A stretch of DNA of 64,000 bases from Promethearchaeia archaeon (GCA_046483985.1 JAWOCD010000006.1:1-64000); one strand, 5' to 3'. Positions 41,095 through 51,274 are shown, counted from the first letter of the stretch. Notes: generated by a model not told the origin, from the letters alone. Numbers and translations are program-made.

Positions 41095-41667
41095 TCAAGA
41101 TATAGCTAAATTTTCTTGAATCTCTTTCCTTATAACAGAATTAGATTCTCTTTCACAATGCTTTTCCAATAGATGTTTAAAATTATGATGATTCACCAGA
41201 TTATGAGAAATTAGGGCTCTAATTAAGGCATACCGTACAGAATCATCCGGATCGGTTAAAAAGGGGGTTATAAGTGGTAAATTATTTAGTATTTCTTTCT
41301 TATCGAGTTGCATAAAGGATCTTGCACGAATATTAAAATCTGGATGATATAACTTAAATAAATTGGAATTCACCTTCTCGTCTTTTAAGATTTCTGAGAG
41401 TTTCTTGATTAAAGAGATATGATATTCATCTGATTTGGAATGAAGATTGAGAAATTTTTCAACCGCTGTCCCTGCCTTTTTTCCAATTTTGAGCAAACTC
41501 TCTAAGGATATAAACACATGTTCTGATAAATTGGTCTTTAAATTAGATAATAACCTTTCAATAATTTTGTCGCCAACCTCTGAGACTTGCATTAATTGCC
41601 AATTCTGTTCTTCCAAGTTTCTATTATCCCTTAAATAATTCAATTTTATTCCTCTATGATCGGTCAT
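41095..41667 (-). CDS. HEAT-repeat protein
   Basis: LYHPDFNIRARS and LTDPDDSVRYALIRAL HEAT-like repeats. Confidence 0.7.
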   Translation of the reverse strand: MTDHRGIKLNYLRDNRNLEEQNWQLMQVSEVGDKIIERLLSNLKTNLSEHVFISLESLLKIGKKAGTAVEKFLNLHSKSDEYHISLIKKLSEILKDEKVNSNLFKLYHPDFNIRARSFMQLDKKEILNNLPLITPFLTDPDDSVRYALIRALISHNLVNHHNFKHLLEKHCERESNSVIRKEIQENLAIS

Positions 41668-41891
41668 AATTTTGTTGATTACTAAAAAGTTAACCTATTT
41701 TATTTATATTATTATTAAAGCAAAAATATGGAAACTGAGCTTTAATTATTCCATTAATAATTCAAAAAGATTATGTAATCGACAGAAATATGTGAAATTC
41801 AATTGAATAATCTTTTCAACATTTTCCATCCACGATAAATTAATATGAATGGTTTGTGAATGGTATATTAAGAAATTCTTATAGAATGTTT

Positions 41892-43367
41892 CTATACTAA
41901 AAATTCTCTATTATTTTCTTTATCAAACATCACTTTTTGGGAGCTAGTGAAATATTTTCCATAAACTTCCTTATTTTTAATCATTTCAATAATAATTTCC
42001 TCTACGAATTCCAATTTTTTCGAGGGGATATTACAATACTTCCGTATATCTTCCAAACTCATCAAAGTCTCTTCCTTGCTTAACCGCTTCACATTCTTTT
42101 TGATCAAATCTTTCAATTTATCACTTTTTTCCTTTTGAACTCGTTTCTTCTGCTTAAGAAAGATAACTCTTTCATTCGCTTTCGAAATTTTATCCGCAAT
42201 TAAATTAATATAATGGGTATCTCCAATGGTTTTTGCAAACTTCTGCGCTTTTTCGTATTTTCTGATGGCCTTTTCAGGCTTATTAAGCATTTCATCTCCT
42301 GATTTAATGGAACGGTTAATTGATCGATAAATTCCAATATTCGTAGCAATATCCTCAATCTTCTCAAGAGCAGTATCTAATTCTTCCTTAGATTGAGCGT
42401 AATTTTTGAGTTTTTCTAGTTCTGTCATTGCGTAATCAAACTTCTCTTCGTAAATAAGGTCTTTAATCCTCTGTATTTCGTCATAGAGTGGAGAACCAGG
42501 AACTGTAGAGCCAAGATTCACAGATTTCAACTCTTGTTTATCTAATTTCTCATAATTCATCGGCGTAACAGCCGGTTTATCAAGTTCTTTGGCTATTGTT
42601 TTTATGGATTCCATGTGAGACCTTGTCTTTTGTTCAGGTGCTAAGGATTCAATTTTAGAGGGCTTTTTTTGGGGTTTTGGTTTTTTCTGTTTTTTTGATT
42701 TAGTTGCATTTGGGTTAGGGGAAATTGAAAGCGATTTTTTGTCAGAAACTCCTTTTACCTTTAATTTTTTGGGGGAAGTATTTATTTTCTTCTTAATAGT
42801 CTCAGCTTGGGTGGGTTTTGCTCCATTTTTTGATTCCTTTGGTTTTTCTTTTTCTTCCAGTGATTTTTTCGATGGAGTTGTCTCTCCAATTAACGAAGAA
42901 GGAATTGCCACACCATTCAATGAGGATTTCTCTTCTTCTTGCTTTAAAGACTCATTTTGTAACGTTGATCTCTCCCCTCTTCCTTGTTCTTTTTCTTCGG
43001 AAGGGTTTATGAAAATTCTTATGAACTTTTTGCGTAAAATCGTAATTCCTGAAAGAATAAATTGATCTATATTGATTTGTCCATCGGAGAATTGTTCCCA
43101 TGCACCATAAATCCTATTAAAAAAGGAATCCAAATTATTTTTAAGATAATTTTCTAAATTCCCTTGTTCTTGCAGTTCCTCCACTTCTTGCCGAATTGTG
43201 GGTCCAAATTTGTCTATTAGATCATCAACTGATTCATTTCCTTCATTACAAAATTCCGTAACACAGCGTTTCTGGGTAACCTCTTCAAGATCTTCTCCCT
43301 CTTTTTTTTTATCATCAGACGATTTCATTAACTCATTAAATATATCCTCTGGGTCTTTATCTGGCAT
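41892..43367 (-). CDS. Hypothetical protein with a disordered K/P/E/S-rich linker, helical repeats and a C-terminal PCI-like winged helix
   Basis: Low-complexity centre, TPR-like AIRKYEKA, C-terminal MSLEDI...VEEIIIEMIKNKEVYGKY...VMF. Confidence 0.6.
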   Translation of the reverse strand: MPDKDPEDIFNELMKSSDDKKKEGEDLEEVTQKRCVTEFCNEGNESVDDLIDKFGPTIRQEVEELQEQGNLENYLKNNLDSFFNRIYGAWEQFSDGQINIDQFILSGITILRKKFIRIFINPSEEKEQGRGERSTLQNESLKQEEEKSSLNGVAIPSSLIGETTPSKKSLEEKEKPKESKNGAKPTQAETIKKKINTSPKKLKVKGVSDKKSLSISPNPNATKSKKQKKPKPQKKPSKIESLAPEQKTRSHMESIKTIAKELDKPAVTPMNYEKLDKQELKSVNLGSTVPGSPLYDEIQRIKDLIYEEKFDYAMTELEKLKNYAQSKEELDTALEKIEDIATNIGIYRSINRSIKSGDEMLNKPEKAIRKYEKAQKFAKTIGDTHYINLIADKISKANERVIFLKQKKRVQKEKSDKLKDLIKKNVKRLSKEETLMSLEDIRKYCNIPSKKLEFVEEIIIEMIKNKEVYGKYFTSSQKVMFDKENNREFLV

Positions 43368-43504
43368 GAAAATTTAGAACCTCTCTTTATTTGTTTAAAA
43401 AATTTCCCAATTATATAAAAAACATAAGGTTTACTTATAAAAACTTTTGTTAAAACCCTTATAATAATTTTAGATTCTGAAAAAACAAAATTTAAGGATT
43501 GATT

Positions 43505-44371
43505 TCACGAAAAAAGCTCTTCAGCGTTATTATAGAAAATGTCCCTTTTTTGGTCATCTGTTAGGGGGAGTGAATGAATTTTATTGACTTCCAGAGAGAG
43601 AGGATTAGTTATAGGAGCATCAGAACCGAAAAGAATCCTTTTACTTCCCACCATTTTCACTAAGCTAAAGATTGCATAGGGAATACTGCAAGAAGTCTCA
43701 AAAAAGACATTTTCAAATTTTTTCAAACTTAAGCCAACATCAATCCCATATTCCATGGCATATCCTGCATGACCCAGAATAATCCGTAATTGGGGAAATT
43801 GTTTTGCTAGTTTAGCAATATCTTTAGTCATTACCCCGCGAAAATAAGAAACTTTTGGCGTTGAATGTATAAAAAGAGGGATTTCCTTATCGTAATCTTG
43901 CATAAAGGAAACCAGTTCTTCGATATCACGGGGAATCTTTAGCAAATGAATACCAGAATGAATTTTAACTCCTCCAAATCCCGCTCTAAAATGGTCTTTT
44001 AGTATTTCGTAACTTTCAGCTTTTTTATCGTCATCGATATTTGGATTAAACCAAAAAAACGGTATGAATCTTTCGGGTACTTCTTCTACGATCTCTTTTA
44101 CATCAGCATGATCTAATTGTCCCTCTGGCATCATTCTTTTAAATTTTTTAAATGCTTGGCTTACCTTATTCCCTTTAGTGTCTGTCTTATTTCCTTTCTT
44201 ATCTGCATACACCTTAGAACTTGCAGCTCGATTCGTCGTGGTTAACGCAGCCTTTTTGATATTGTATTTATCCATATATTCGATTAAACTCATTTCAGAA
44301 GGGAGGAAGTTCCCTATAGTATGTAAATGTGCATCAAAAATCCCTAAATCTTTTTTCATTACTTTACACAT
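43505..44371 (-). CDS. Amidohydrolase (Amidohydro_2 family)
   Basis: DAHLH, GVKIH, LFIHS, ILGHAG, LFGSDAP. Confidence 0.9.
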   Translation of the reverse strand: MCKVMKKDLGIFDAHLHTIGNFLPSEMSLIEYMDKYNIKKAALTTTNRAASSKVYADKKGNKTDTKGNKVSQAFKKFKRMMPEGQLDHADVKEIVEEVPERFIPFFWFNPNIDDDKKAESYEILKDHFRAGFGGVKIHSGIHLLKIPRDIEELVSFMQDYDKEIPLFIHSTPKVSYFRGVMTKDIAKLAKQFPQLRIILGHAGYAMEYGIDVGLSLKKFENVFFETSCSIPYAIFSLVKMVGSKRILFGSDAPITNPLSLEVNKIHSLPLTDDQKRDIFYNNAEELFS

Positions 44372-44374
44372 CCC

Positions 44375-45193
44375 TTAAGGTATTAGAGAATTGAAATTAT
44401 CATAAAAAACTTGTTGCGTAATTTTTTCATTGAGATTAAGCATTCTGATTTTATTAATTTCGATATCTGGATTGGTGGCTGCGGGCGCGTCTGAACCATA
44501 GATGACCCTGTCTGTTCCCATGGCCTTTATTAACGTCATTATACCGTAAGGGATTGAACAAGAAGTTTCAAAATATACATTAGAAAAATTTCTGAAATAA
44601 TATAATAGATTTATTGTGTTTTCCATTGTAAAAGCAGCATGACCAAGAATAAGTTTAAGGTCTTCATACTTTTTGGCAAGATCATAATAACTTTTAACAC
44701 GGACGGGGTTTTGGAAAAAAAACGGTGAACCAGAATGAATAAAAAGAGGTAAATCATGGTCTATACAAAATTCAGCTAAGGAGTACAAATCTCCGGGTAT
44801 GGATAACTGGTCTACGAAAGTTTGCGTTTTAACCCCTTTAAATCCATATTTTTCGATATATGTCTTCAGTACATTCCAATCTTGCTCTTCAGCAGTTGCT
44901 GGATTAAACCAAAAAAAGCCGATGAGACGATCTGGATGCTTTTTTACTAATTTTCTAACTGTCTCATGGTTATATTGCTTTGGTTGGAAATGTCGTTCTA
45001 ATTCATTTTCATCATTTGGATTTCCATTACTGGATGCTAAAAATGCCTTTAAACTGGCATTTTGATTCAATGTCGTGATCGCTGCTTTATCTATTTCATA
45101 TCTGTCCATATATTCCAATAGAGATTCATCGCGGGATTTAAATCGTCCTATGTAATGCATATGCGCGTCAAAAACCTTAGATCCATCAATCAT
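44375..45193 (-). CDS. Amidohydrolase (Amidohydro_2 family), tandem paralog
   Basis: DAHMH, GVKTQ, LFIHSG, ILGHA, IYGSDAP. Confidence 0.9.
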   Translation of the reverse strand: MIDGSKVFDAHMHYIGRFKSRDESLLEYMDRYEIDKAAITTLNQNASLKAFLASSNGNPNDENELERHFQPKQYNHETVRKLVKKHPDRLIGFFWFNPATAEEQDWNVLKTYIEKYGFKGVKTQTFVDQLSIPGDLYSLAEFCIDHDLPLFIHSGSPFFFQNPVRVKSYYDLAKKYEDLKLILGHAAFTMENTINLLYYFRNFSNVYFETSCSIPYGIMTLIKAMGTDRVIYGSDAPAATNPDIEINKIRMLNLNEKITQQVFYDNFNSLIP

Positions 45194-45272
45194 AATGAAA
45201 AATATTCTGTAAGAATAATTACATAGTTGAGCATTTCAATTTGGTACTTAATACATTGGGAAAAAATATCGT

Positions 45273-45677
45273 CTATTCTCCTTGGATTTGAATATATACG
45301 TTCCTTGAACGAGGGCCATCATATTCTGTGAACATAATTCCTTGCCAAGTCCCAAGTACTAATTTCCCTTCATGTATGAGAACGAACAATGAGGGACCCG
45401 TGAGTGTTGATTTAATATGCGCATCAGAATTTCCTTCCCTATGAGCAAAGCTTGACTTTTTTGGAACTACTTCTTTTAGATGAGAAATAATATCCTTTTT
45501 TACTGAAGGATCGGCATTCTCATTAATTGTTATGGCCGCCGTGGTATGCGGTACGAAGATTCGACATATTCCCTCGATAACATTTGCCTCATCAATAAGC
45601 TCTTGGATTTGGCTGGTAATATCCACTAACGTTTCTCGTTTTGAAGTTTTTACTCTAATCTTGTTAAATACAATCAT
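45273..45677 (-). CDS. yjbQ: YjbQ/UPF0047 family protein
   Basis: HTTAAITINENADP, GNSDAHIK, LGTWQGI...EYDGPR. Confidence 0.92.
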   Translation of the reverse strand: MIVFNKIRVKTSKRETLVDITSQIQELIDEANVIEGICRIFVPHTTAAITINENADPSVKKDIISHLKEVVPKKSSFAHREGNSDAHIKSTLTGPSLFVLIHEGKLVLGTWQGIMFTEYDGPRSRNVYIQIQGE

Positions 45678-45858
45678 TTTTTCTCATTAATTTAATATAG
45701 GGGTTTCCCGATAAAATAAAATTGTTTTTATTTTCTTAAATATTTTTCTACACTATTTTTACTCCATAAATGTAGATCGAAATCCAATTTTTATTGTTTT
45801 TATTTATTGAATCCCCTCTTCCATTAACTTAAGTCCTAAAAAATAATATTTCAAAATT

Positions 45859-46629
45859 CTAGACTTCTAAATCAAACTTCCCGTGCTTTCCCTTTCCTCG
45901 TCTAAACTCCTTACTCCCCTCCAGATATTCTTCGCTGCTTAAAGTCTTTAATCCATGTTTGAATTCATTTTTTAGAGCATCTTGCATATCCATTCCAAAT
46001 TGCTCATAAACAGACATCCTGTCATGTTGCATACAAGTTTGAGGAAATTGGGCGATCTTTCTAGCAAGTTCCTCGGCCTCTTGTCTGGAAGTACCTTCTT
46101 CTACAATTCTATTAGCTAATCCCCACTGGTAGGCTTCTTTTGCCGAAACAGGTCTTCCAGTTAAGATCATATCCATTGCTCTGCTTAATCCAATAAGACG
46201 GGGGAGTCTTATAGTCCCCCCATCAATTAATGGAACTCCGAATCTTCTGCAAAAGACGCCAAAAATAGCATCATTCTCCACGACTCTAAGGTCGCACCAG
46301 CAAGCTAATTCCAAACCTCCAGCAACAGCGTATCCCGCCACCGCCGCAATAATTGGCTTTGAAAGCTGCATTCGGGTTGGACCCATAGGACCATCTCCAG
46401 TCGGATCTATTCGATTCTGGTTTTCAGTACCTATAGATTTCAAATCTGCTCCAGCACAAAAAGTGCCATTTGCCCCCCATAAAACGGCTACTAATGCATC
46501 GTCATCTTTCTCAAATTTCCGAAATGCATCAGCAAGTTCCTGGGCGTTTTTTCCATCAATCGCATTTTTCACTTTTGGATTGTCCAGTATAATGGTATAT
46601 ACTGGGTAGTTTCGCTCAATTATTATCAT
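45859..46629 (-). CDS. Enoyl-CoA hydratase/crotonase family protein
   Basis: FCAGADL, GYAVAGGLELA, RAMDMILTGR. Confidence 0.93.
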   Translation of the reverse strand: MIIIERNYPVYTIILDNPKVKNAIDGKNAQELADAFRKFEKDDDALVAVLWGANGTFCAGADLKSIGTENQNRIDPTGDGPMGPTRMQLSKPIIAAVAGYAVAGGLELACWCDLRVVENDAIFGVFCRRFGVPLIDGGTIRLPRLIGLSRAMDMILTGRPVSAKEAYQWGLANRIVEEGTSRQEAEELARKIAQFPQTCMQHDRMSVYEQFGMDMQDALKNEFKHGLKTLSSEEYLEGSKEFRRGKGKHGKFDLEV

Positions 46630-46732
46630 ATTCTAAGAATCCTCTCCTTTTAAATTTCTATATTAAATATTTAAGTAATTAACAATAATTTAACGGATAA
46701 TATAATATCTTTTTTCCCCAAAAGGGATAATT

Positions 46733-47113
46733 ATGCTTGAAGATTCTAATTTCAAGAATAAAGCATTACGCAAAGGTCAAGATTATTTCAAAGATGTGCA
46801 TATGACTCAAGAGCAGCATGAGATCTTCAACGATTTTATTAAAATCTTTTTAAAACATGTACCTATAGAGAAAATGACAGCAAAAGGGATCGGATGGCGT
46901 TCTATTCGTAAATGGCAGCTTAAACATAAACGTGATTTATTGGGATTAATAGATGAAGAGTCAGAAGAACGAGTGAAATCAATTAACCAATTACTGCAAA
47001 TCATAAAGAAAGAATTAATCGGAGATTTAGTATCTGATGATGACATCCCTTTAGTTGATGAAGCAATAGACGATATTTTAGATTTCTATAAAGACAAATA
47101 TGCGAATCGCTAA
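46733..47113 (+). CDS. Hypothetical protein
   Basis: 126-aa ORF with normal composition, isolated between genes. Confidence 0.7.
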   Translation: MLEDSNFKNKALRKGQDYFKDVHMTQEQHEIFNDFIKIFLKHVPIEKMTAKGIGWRSIRKWQLKHKRDLLGLIDEESEERVKSINQLLQIIKKELIGDLVSDDDIPLVDEAIDDILDFYKDKYANR

Positions 47114-47249
47114 AATATTATAAAAATCACTTTCTCTTTCTTCATTATATTATATTCGAAACTTAAAAAAATGAATTTTGAAAATCTTAGTCTCAAGTAT
47201 TTCAATGGAAATAATGTGATCAGTAATTAAAAATAAAAAAAATATATGA

Positions 47250-48338
47250 TTATTTTTGGAATTTAAGCATATCTGCCATCTCAACAAAACTACTGGTTCG
47301 AATGAGTGCTGCTTTTAAGAATTGGAATCCGATATCATAGGTGGAACCATCTCCACCAATGTGAATAACATACGGAATTTCTCCATCAAATATTCCCTTC
47401 TTTTTCTGGATCTTATAGGAAGTTGAAATTGCATCAGCTACGGTCGCGCCAGATTCAAAAAGATGATGCATCCATGGAACTCTCCATGAGCTTACATTGT
47501 CTTTTGATGTGGAAACTTCTGAACAACTGGTGTTGTTGACATAGATAAAATTATCTTCAGAAACTTGGGTAGCCGCTGTACTAAGCTGGAATAAAACCAT
47601 TCCCGCACCGCACCCAGGACATAAACCATGACCAGGTAATAGATGTTGTTGGGGTTTAAGCTTTTTCTTGTTGATTTTGTATAATTCATGCGGTTTTTCT
47701 TGCTTGAAAGTCTCAATTAACCGTTTCAACTTTTCATTACGTCTCTCTGTGTAGTAAATGATCCTATTTATTTCTTTTTCTCGGAATCTTGGTTTAAAAA
47801 GATGCTTAAACCGTCCCATTGAGCGTAGATATTCCACAAACTTATCTTTATCGATGTCTAAACCCCGATAATAAGAGAAACTGGGAATTCCATCCTCTAC
47901 TCTAATCGTATATAAGGGCCAATAACCAGAATCTGTTGCTAATTTTGAAATTTTCACCGCATCTCCAGCATCATGTCGCCAGCCCCGCATACAATCAGAA
48001 TAAGCTTGAATAAAAGCAGAGCCATTAGATTTAAGTGCATCCATGACCTTACCCATAAAATCGTTTGAATAGGCGGGATTCGCAGTAGCCAGAAACATTT
48101 TTTTCTGACCGTAAAATGCAAAAGGAGTAACTAAATCTTGTTTAATCCCTACTTTTCCAGGAATTTTTTTTCCTGCCGGTCCCGTTGTGGTACTTGCGTA
48201 TGGGGGCGTTCCTCCGCTTTCTTGAATACCAGTATTCATAAAAGCTTCATTATCGTAGTTTAAGAAGAGAACATTACTCTTTTCATCCCGTGCTAGGATA
48301 TCATCCATTTTAATAACTGTCGTTTCTTTACTTACCAT
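47250..48338 (-). CDS. porB: Pyruvate/2-oxoacid:ferredoxin oxidoreductase beta subunit, circularly permuted
   Basis: Contains YDNEAFMNTG, GRFKHL, GHGLCPGCG, NNTSCSE and GGDGSTYDIGFQ, but in permuted order. Confidence 0.93.
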   Translation of the reverse strand: MVSKETTVIKMDDILARDEKSNVLFLNYDNEAFMNTGIQESGGTPPYASTTTGPAGKKIPGKVGIKQDLVTPFAFYGQKKMFLATANPAYSNDFMGKVMDALKSNGSAFIQAYSDCMRGWRHDAGDAVKISKLATDSGYWPLYTIRVEDGIPSFSYYRGLDIDKDKFVEYLRSMGRFKHLFKPRFREKEINRIIYYTERRNEKLKRLIETFKQEKPHELYKINKKKLKPQQHLLPGHGLCPGCGAGMVLFQLSTAATQVSEDNFIYVNNTSCSEVSTSKDNVSSWRVPWMHHLFESGATVADAISTSYKIQKKKGIFDGEIPYVIHIGGDGSTYDIGFQFLKAALIRTSSFVEMADMLKFQK

Positions 48339-48339
48339 T

Positions 48340-49563
48340 TTACATGTTCACCCCATAAATTTTATCCTTTGTTTCACGTACACCTAAGTACATGTATAGT
48401 CGTCCATCCATATCATCCACCTTTTTCATCTTCTTCTTCGCGATATCAAACTCATCTCTGGTCACATCTCTTCCTCCTAATCCTACAATAAAGGAGCGGA
48501 AGATTGTGCCCAATGGATAAAGCGCTGTCGCAACCGAGCTCGAGAAGGGTGGTAATAAATTATTCAAGGAATCTACTTTTTCGAGTATCATAAGTTTTTC
48601 TAATCCATATTCTTCGACTATATCTTGAAGTTCCTCATAGGGGAATGGACGAAAAGTGCGAATTTTAATTAATCCGACATCTTGATTTTCAGTCATCCAG
48701 CTGATAATATTTCCGCACATAGATCCCATCGTGACAAACGCCATATTGGACGAATTATCCAAATTATAAGTTTCAATTGTATTATATTCTCTCCCCGTTG
48801 CTTTCTCGAACCGATCAAATGCATCTCTCATCTTATCTAAAACATCTTCCTTATCAACGTCTAAGCTTTTACGAAATTCTTGAAAATAGTCTGGTGTAAC
48901 GATTCCTCCCCATGTCCCTGGTTTTTCGGGAGTAATGGTATGTCGAGTTCTTTTCGGTGTTAATTGTCGAACTGTTTCATCGGGAATCAATGTGAGTTTT
49001 TGTACCGAGTGAGATATAATAAAACCATCATGAACAAACATGGTTGGAAAGAGAGTATCCTCTGAAATCATGACGGAAAGTATGGCTGCATCGTAGGTTT
49101 CTTGAACGTTCTCGCTCACAAGAGTATTCCAGCCATAATCAACGATAGTATATTCCCAATAATTCCAAATTGAAAGATTGGGTGCATTGAATGCACGGGC
49201 AGAGATCATCATCGTAAGCGGTACTCGCCACCCTACCGCCATTGGTAAGGCTTCTTGCATTAATAAATATCCTTGGGATGCCGTTGCAGTAAATGTCCTA
49301 GCTCCAGCAGCACAAGCTGCGGTGGAGTAACTCATTGCAGCTAATTCAGACTCTACATTGACAAAAGCAGCATCCAACCTTCCTTGGTGTACCACATCGC
49401 TTAAACCCTCAACGGATTGTGTCTGAGGAGTGATTGGAAAAGCACAGACTACATCGGGGTCTGTCTGAGTAACTGCCCCTGCAACTGCGTAGTTTCCAAT
49501 CATAGCTGTTTCTATTGGCTCTTTAATTTCTTTAAAAAATAACTTCATAGGTTCTATACTCAT
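48340..49563 (-). CDS. porA: Pyruvate/2-oxoacid:ferredoxin oxidoreductase alpha subunit
   Basis: AFPITPQT, VESE, TATASQG, DGFIISH, FRPFP, GLGGRD. Confidence 0.93.
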   Translation of the reverse strand: MSIEPMKLFFKEIKEPIETAMIGNYAVAGAVTQTDPDVVCAFPITPQTQSVEGLSDVVHQGRLDAAFVNVESELAAMSYSTAACAAGARTFTATASQGYLLMQEALPMAVGWRVPLTMMISARAFNAPNLSIWNYWEYTIVDYGWNTLVSENVQETYDAAILSVMISEDTLFPTMFVHDGFIISHSVQKLTLIPDETVRQLTPKRTRHTITPEKPGTWGGIVTPDYFQEFRKSLDVDKEDVLDKMRDAFDRFEKATGREYNTIETYNLDNSSNMAFVTMGSMCGNIISWMTENQDVGLIKIRTFRPFPYEELQDIVEEYGLEKLMILEKVDSLNNLLPPFSSSVATALYPLGTIFRSFIVGLGGRDVTRDEFDIAKKKMKKVDDMDGRLYMYLGVRETKDKIYGVNM

Positions 49564-49576
49564 TATATTCTACCTC

Positions 49577-50569
49577 CTATTCCTCTTCCTCTGGTACGGC
49601 ACATGATGCCGGACCTTGTTTTAATTTTTTACTTAAAGCGTTAACCGGACAGATATTTACGCAATTCAAACAACTCTTGCAATGTTTTCTGTCAATACCA
49701 ACCATATGCCATAGGCCATCTTCTCCTTTTTCTCGGAGAATGGCAAAATCTGGACAAATAAACCAGCACTGACCGCAATCCGTACATGTTTCTTCGTCCC
49801 AAATGATATCATATTCTCCCCAAGAACCCGTGTTTACTTGATCACTCCCTACACGTATAATATCCGAATCGGTATACCAGACACCAGCTTTATCTAATTC
49901 CTTAAATCCAGGTTTTCCCAGGGCGACTTGTTGCCATTCAACTTTTGTGTCTTCCGCAAAATTTGGTTGATATTTCGTTTCATAAATGCATACTTCTTCC
50001 ATAGCTTTTTTCACTGCTTCAACATTTTTACTGGCAATCTTATCTTTAAAGCGTCTCATTATAGCTTCTGAGAGTTGCTTTAGTGTGAAAAGATTAGACA
50101 CTTTTAGTAACGCCCCAAGGATAATTGTGTTAGTAATATTTCGTCCAAGAATGTCAAGAGCAATTCGGGTTGCATCTGCCGTTGCGACATTGATATTTTT
50201 TCTGCCTACAATATCTTGAATTTCCTTTTGATTCAATACCGTATTTACGATTAACCACCCGCCTTCCGGCATACCAGCTGTGACATCTACCTCACCTAAT
50301 AAAGAAGGATCTAAAACAGAGACAAATTGAGGTGCATAAACTTGCTCGTTACTCCGAACTAAATCATCATTATGTGAAAGGCGTACATAACTCTGAGTTG
50401 GACTGCCCATCCTTTCAGCTCCAAATTTAGGCTGACAAACTCCATATCCAGTAAATGCTTCAACACATAGATTTGACGCCGTAACACCTCCTTGACCGCC
50501 ACGAGCGTGAAATCTTAAATTCACCTTATGTTTCTGGAGAATTTCCTCCATTTCCTCGAATGTGTACAT
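49577..50569 (-). CDS. porC: Fused gamma+delta subunit of pyruvate/2-oxoacid:ferredoxin oxidoreductase
   Basis: Gamma: RFHARGGQG, FGAERMG, NTIILGA. Delta: TGSW...CTDCGQCWFICPD...CKSCLNCVNICP. Confidence 0.9.
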   Translation of the reverse strand: MYTFEEMEEILQKHKVNLRFHARGGQGGVTASNLCVEAFTGYGVCQPKFGAERMGSPTQSYVRLSHNDDLVRSNEQVYAPQFVSVLDPSLLGEVDVTAGMPEGGWLIVNTVLNQKEIQDIVGRKNINVATADATRIALDILGRNITNTIILGALLKVSNLFTLKQLSEAIMRRFKDKIASKNVEAVKKAMEEVCIYETKYQPNFAEDTKVEWQQVALGKPGFKELDKAGVWYTDSDIIRVGSDQVNTGSWGEYDIIWDEETCTDCGQCWFICPDFAILREKGEDGLWHMVGIDRKHCKSCLNCVNICPVNALSKKLKQGPASCAVPEEEE

Positions 50570-51016
50570 ATTGTTTTTCCCTCGTTCTTTTTATTTTTAA
50601 AATATGTTAAATTTTTTATTGAATCGAAAGATTATAAATTTTACCAACATAAAATTTAAACATTATTTCAAAAATTATGTTGATTGTGAAGATTAATGTT
50701 TGATGATTAATGAGATTTTTGCTCAATAGAAGAATCCAATTTAAAGGGGCGTATTTGTTACTTTCTCTTATCAATGTTCTTTAACCTTAAATTATCATAA
50801 TTAATAGTGTCGATTAAGGAATTCCTTTAAATTTTTATGTTTTAAATTAATCTATTGAATTTTTATGTTTAAAATCTATAGATTAATTAATTCTTGAAGT
50901 AAGAAGAAGGAAAAATTTTAAAAATTATTTAACGATGAAAGTTAAATAAAAATAGAAAAAATCATTTAACTCAATGATTTTCTTTTTATCAACTAAAAAG
51001 GTGAAAGAGAATAAAA

Positions 51017-51274
51017 ATGTCAAAAATTTTTCAATCAGAAATTTTTCGAAAGACCTTTTCTCTTCTTCTCAGAATACTGATTTTTCTAGGTGCTGCTTTA
51101 GCCGTAGCAGTTCGGATTCTTACCATAATTCCGATCCTTATCGGGATTATAATAATTTGGAAGGATTCTAAAAAGTATGGTCAATTTTTAGGATGGCTTT
51201 TAGCAGTGGGAGGTTTAACGGCAACTATAATTTATCATATTACATATGTTGTGGAAGGAGGTTTATTATATTGA
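51017..51274 (+). CDS. Small membrane protein
   Basis: 85 aa, hydrophobic. Its stop overlaps the next start (TTGA). Confidence 0.65.
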   Translation: MSKIFQSEIFRKTFSLLLRILIFLGAALAVAVRILTIIPILIGIIIIWKDSKKYGQFLGWLLAVGGLTATIIYHITYVVEGGLLY

